Below are positions 62,424 to 64,000 of a stretch of DNA of 64,000 nucleotides, one piece after another. The stretch comes from an uncultured delta proteobacterium (GTDB taxonomy: Bacteria; Myxococcota_A; Polyangia; Fen-1088). The position numbers were made by a program, and so were the translations under genes. The stretch is taken from contig CAVYGB010000008.1 of the NCBI GenBank assembly GCA_963767925.1, positions 448,001 through 512,000 on the forward strand, read 5' to 3'. The first letter of the stretch is position 1, and each line of letters begins with the position of its first letter. The notes beneath the pieces were generated by a model, which saw only the letters and a program-made list of their open reading frames with translations, did no database searches and was not told where the DNA came from.

Positions 62424-62434
62424 AAGGAGAGGCG

Positions 62435-63124
62435 ATGAATTCAGCGAACAACACGGGGCGGGTCGAGGGCCAGACCATCGGCCGGGGCAACGAGATCCCC
62501 ACCGCCGGCTCGAACACGCTCGGCAAGGACGAGTTCCTCCGCCTGCTGATGACCCAGCTCTCGCAGCAGAATCCCACCTCGCCGGCGAGCAGCGAGGCCT
62601 TCGTGGCCCAGCTCGCGCAGTTCGCCAGCCTCGAGCTGGCCCAGAGCACGAACGCCCGCCTGGAGAGCCTGCTGCTGGCCCAGGCGGCGGCCAACCAGAC
62701 GGCGTTGACCGGCTTCGTGGGCAAAGACGTCACCTTCCGCACCGACGGGCTGACGCTGGAAGCGGGGCTGCCGGCCAGCTCCGCCGCCCACCTCGACGGG
62801 CCGGCCAAGAGCGTGACCGCGGTGATAAGCGACGCCCAGGGCAAGACCATCCGAACCCTGCAGCTCGGCCCCCAGGCGGCCGGCGTGCTGGCCATCGGCT
62901 GGGACGGGCGCGACGACCGGGGCAACACGATGCCCCCGGGGTCGTATCGCCTGCGGGTGACCGCCGTCGATGCGGCGGACAAGAGTGTGGGCGTGGAGCA
63001 ACGGGGGACCGGGCACGTGACAGGCGTGGCCTTCGAGAACGGCACCGCTCAGTTGAAGGTCGGTGATCTGACCGTGAAGGTCGCGGACGTTCTGGAAATC
63101 AAGGAAAGGACAACAGCACCATGA
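62435..63124 (+). CDS. flgD: Flagellar hook cap protein FlgD
   Basis: [27 protein letters not shown] and WDGRDD.G..MPPGSY. Confidence 0.96.
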   Translation: MNSANNTGRVEGQTIGRGNEIPTAGSNTLGKDEFLRLLMTQLSQQNPTSPASSEAFVAQLAQFASLELAQSTNARLESLLLAQAAANQTALTGFVGKDVTFRTDGLTLEAGLPASSAAHLDGPAKSVTAVISDAQGKTIRTLQLGPQAAGVLAIGWDGRDDRGNTMPPGSYRLRVTAVDAADKSVGVEQRGTGHVTGVAFENGTAQLKVGDLTVKVADVLEIKERTTAP

Positions 63125-64000
63125 GTCTATTGACGGCACTGTATTCGGGAGCCAGCGGCATCGACAACAACAGCACCGAGCTGTCGGTGGTCGGCGACAA
63201 CATCGCCAACGCCAACACGGTCGGCTTCAAGGCCAGCCGCGCTTCCTTCGCGGATGCGGTGGCCCAGACGCTGGTGGGTGGGTTGCCCACCGGGGGTGGG
63301 CAGCGCGGAATGGGCGTGCGGCTCCAGTCCGTGCAGAAGATCCTCACCCAGGGCTCGCTGCTCAACACGGGGGTGTCGACCGACTTCTCCATCCAGGGCG
63401 GCGGGCTGTTCGTCGTGCGGGACAACGTGAGCGGCCAATCGATGAACACCTATACCCGGGCGGGACAGTTCACGGTGAACGCCCAGGGCCTGCTGGTGAA
63501 CCTCGACGGCCTGCCGGTCCAGGGCTACCTGGCCGACGCGGCCGGGCTGGTCAACACCGCCTCGCTGGGCGATCTGCCCCTCGGCAGCATCAGCGATCCG
63601 CCCCGGCCCACCGCCAACGTCGCGATGCGGGCCAACCTGCAGTCGGACGCCGCGATCCCGGCGCTGCCCTTCGATCCCCTGGCGGCGGCGACGACCTCGA
63701 ACTTCTCCTCGAGCACGACGGTGTACGACTCGCTCGGCAAGCCCCACCAGGTGGACACCTACTTCCGCCGGACGGGGGTGGGCACCTGGGAGTGGCACGG
63801 GCTGACCGACGGGGGGAACCTGACCGGCGGCGTCCCCGGGACGCCGACCGAGATCGCGACCGGCACCCTGACCTTCGACGCCCAGGGGCGCCTCGCGGCC
63901 AACACCGCGACCAGCAACTTCAGCCCCCTCAACGCCACCAGCCCCCAGGCGCTGACCTTCGACTTCGGGACCCCGGTCGGCGGCGGGGGGACCGGCCTCG
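63121..64000 (+). CDS. flgE: Flagellar hook protein FlgE (3'-partial; absent from the ORF track)
   Basis: Manual translation: [14 protein letters not shown]...[36 protein letters not shown] and VYDSLG..H. ATGA overlap with flgD. Confidence 0.95.
   Translation, partial: MSLLTALYSGASGIDNNSTELSVVGDNIANANTVGFKASRASFADAVAQTLVGGLPTGGGQRGMGVRLQSVQKILTQGSLLNTGVSTDFSIQGGGLFVVRDNVSGQSMNTYTRAGQFTVNAQGLLVNLDGLPVQGYLADAAGLVNTASLGDLPLGSISDPPRPTANVAMRANLQSDAAIPALPFDPLAAATTSNFSSSTTVYDSLGKPHQVDTYFRRTGVGTWEWHGLTDGGNLTGGVPGTPTEIATGTLTFDAQGRLAANTATSNFSPLNATSPQALTFDFGTPVGGGGTGL

Overview
Very GC-rich bacterial chromosome segment, densely coding, with no rRNA, tRNA, CRISPR array or recognisable transposase or integrase. 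The gene families suggest Myxococcota (inference): a TonB_C-fused TonB-dependent receptor with companion lipoprotein, a DUF1552/DUF1592 pair, Hanks-type kinases, a stand-alone FHA protein and a TreS-maltokinase fusion. Left to right: FadL-like porin (partial); CBS protein; two convergent alkaline-phosphatase/sulfatase-superfamily membrane enzymes; a repeat-rich intergenic stretch; DUF1080 and creatininase-like secreted proteins; a giant SF1 helicase with a Vsr-like tail; a YciI-DUF924 fusion; a putative glycolipid-assembly cluster (PimA/PIG-A-like GT4, CDP-alcohol phosphotransferase, GT-C, flippase-like protein, helical-barrel enzyme); gltX-metG and asnS; treS-mak and a frameshifted malQ; a GmrSD-like gene; a PadR-ADOP permease cassette that looks foreign; a TonB receptor operon; kinases; and a sigma54-controlled flagellar operon (flgBC-fliEFGHI-motE/flbB-fliK-flgDE, running off the right edge) preceded by FHA, enhancer-binding and TPR-like genes. 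The most interesting items are flagellar genes in an apparent myxobacterium with phospho-Thr-type regulators next to them, no fliJ where expected but a collagen-like FliI tail, a possible PIM/GPI-like glycolipid pathway, and two defence-type proteins with degenerate nuclease motifs. All family calls come from motif recognition by eye, not database searches. The frameshifts in malQ and fliI may be assembly errors.
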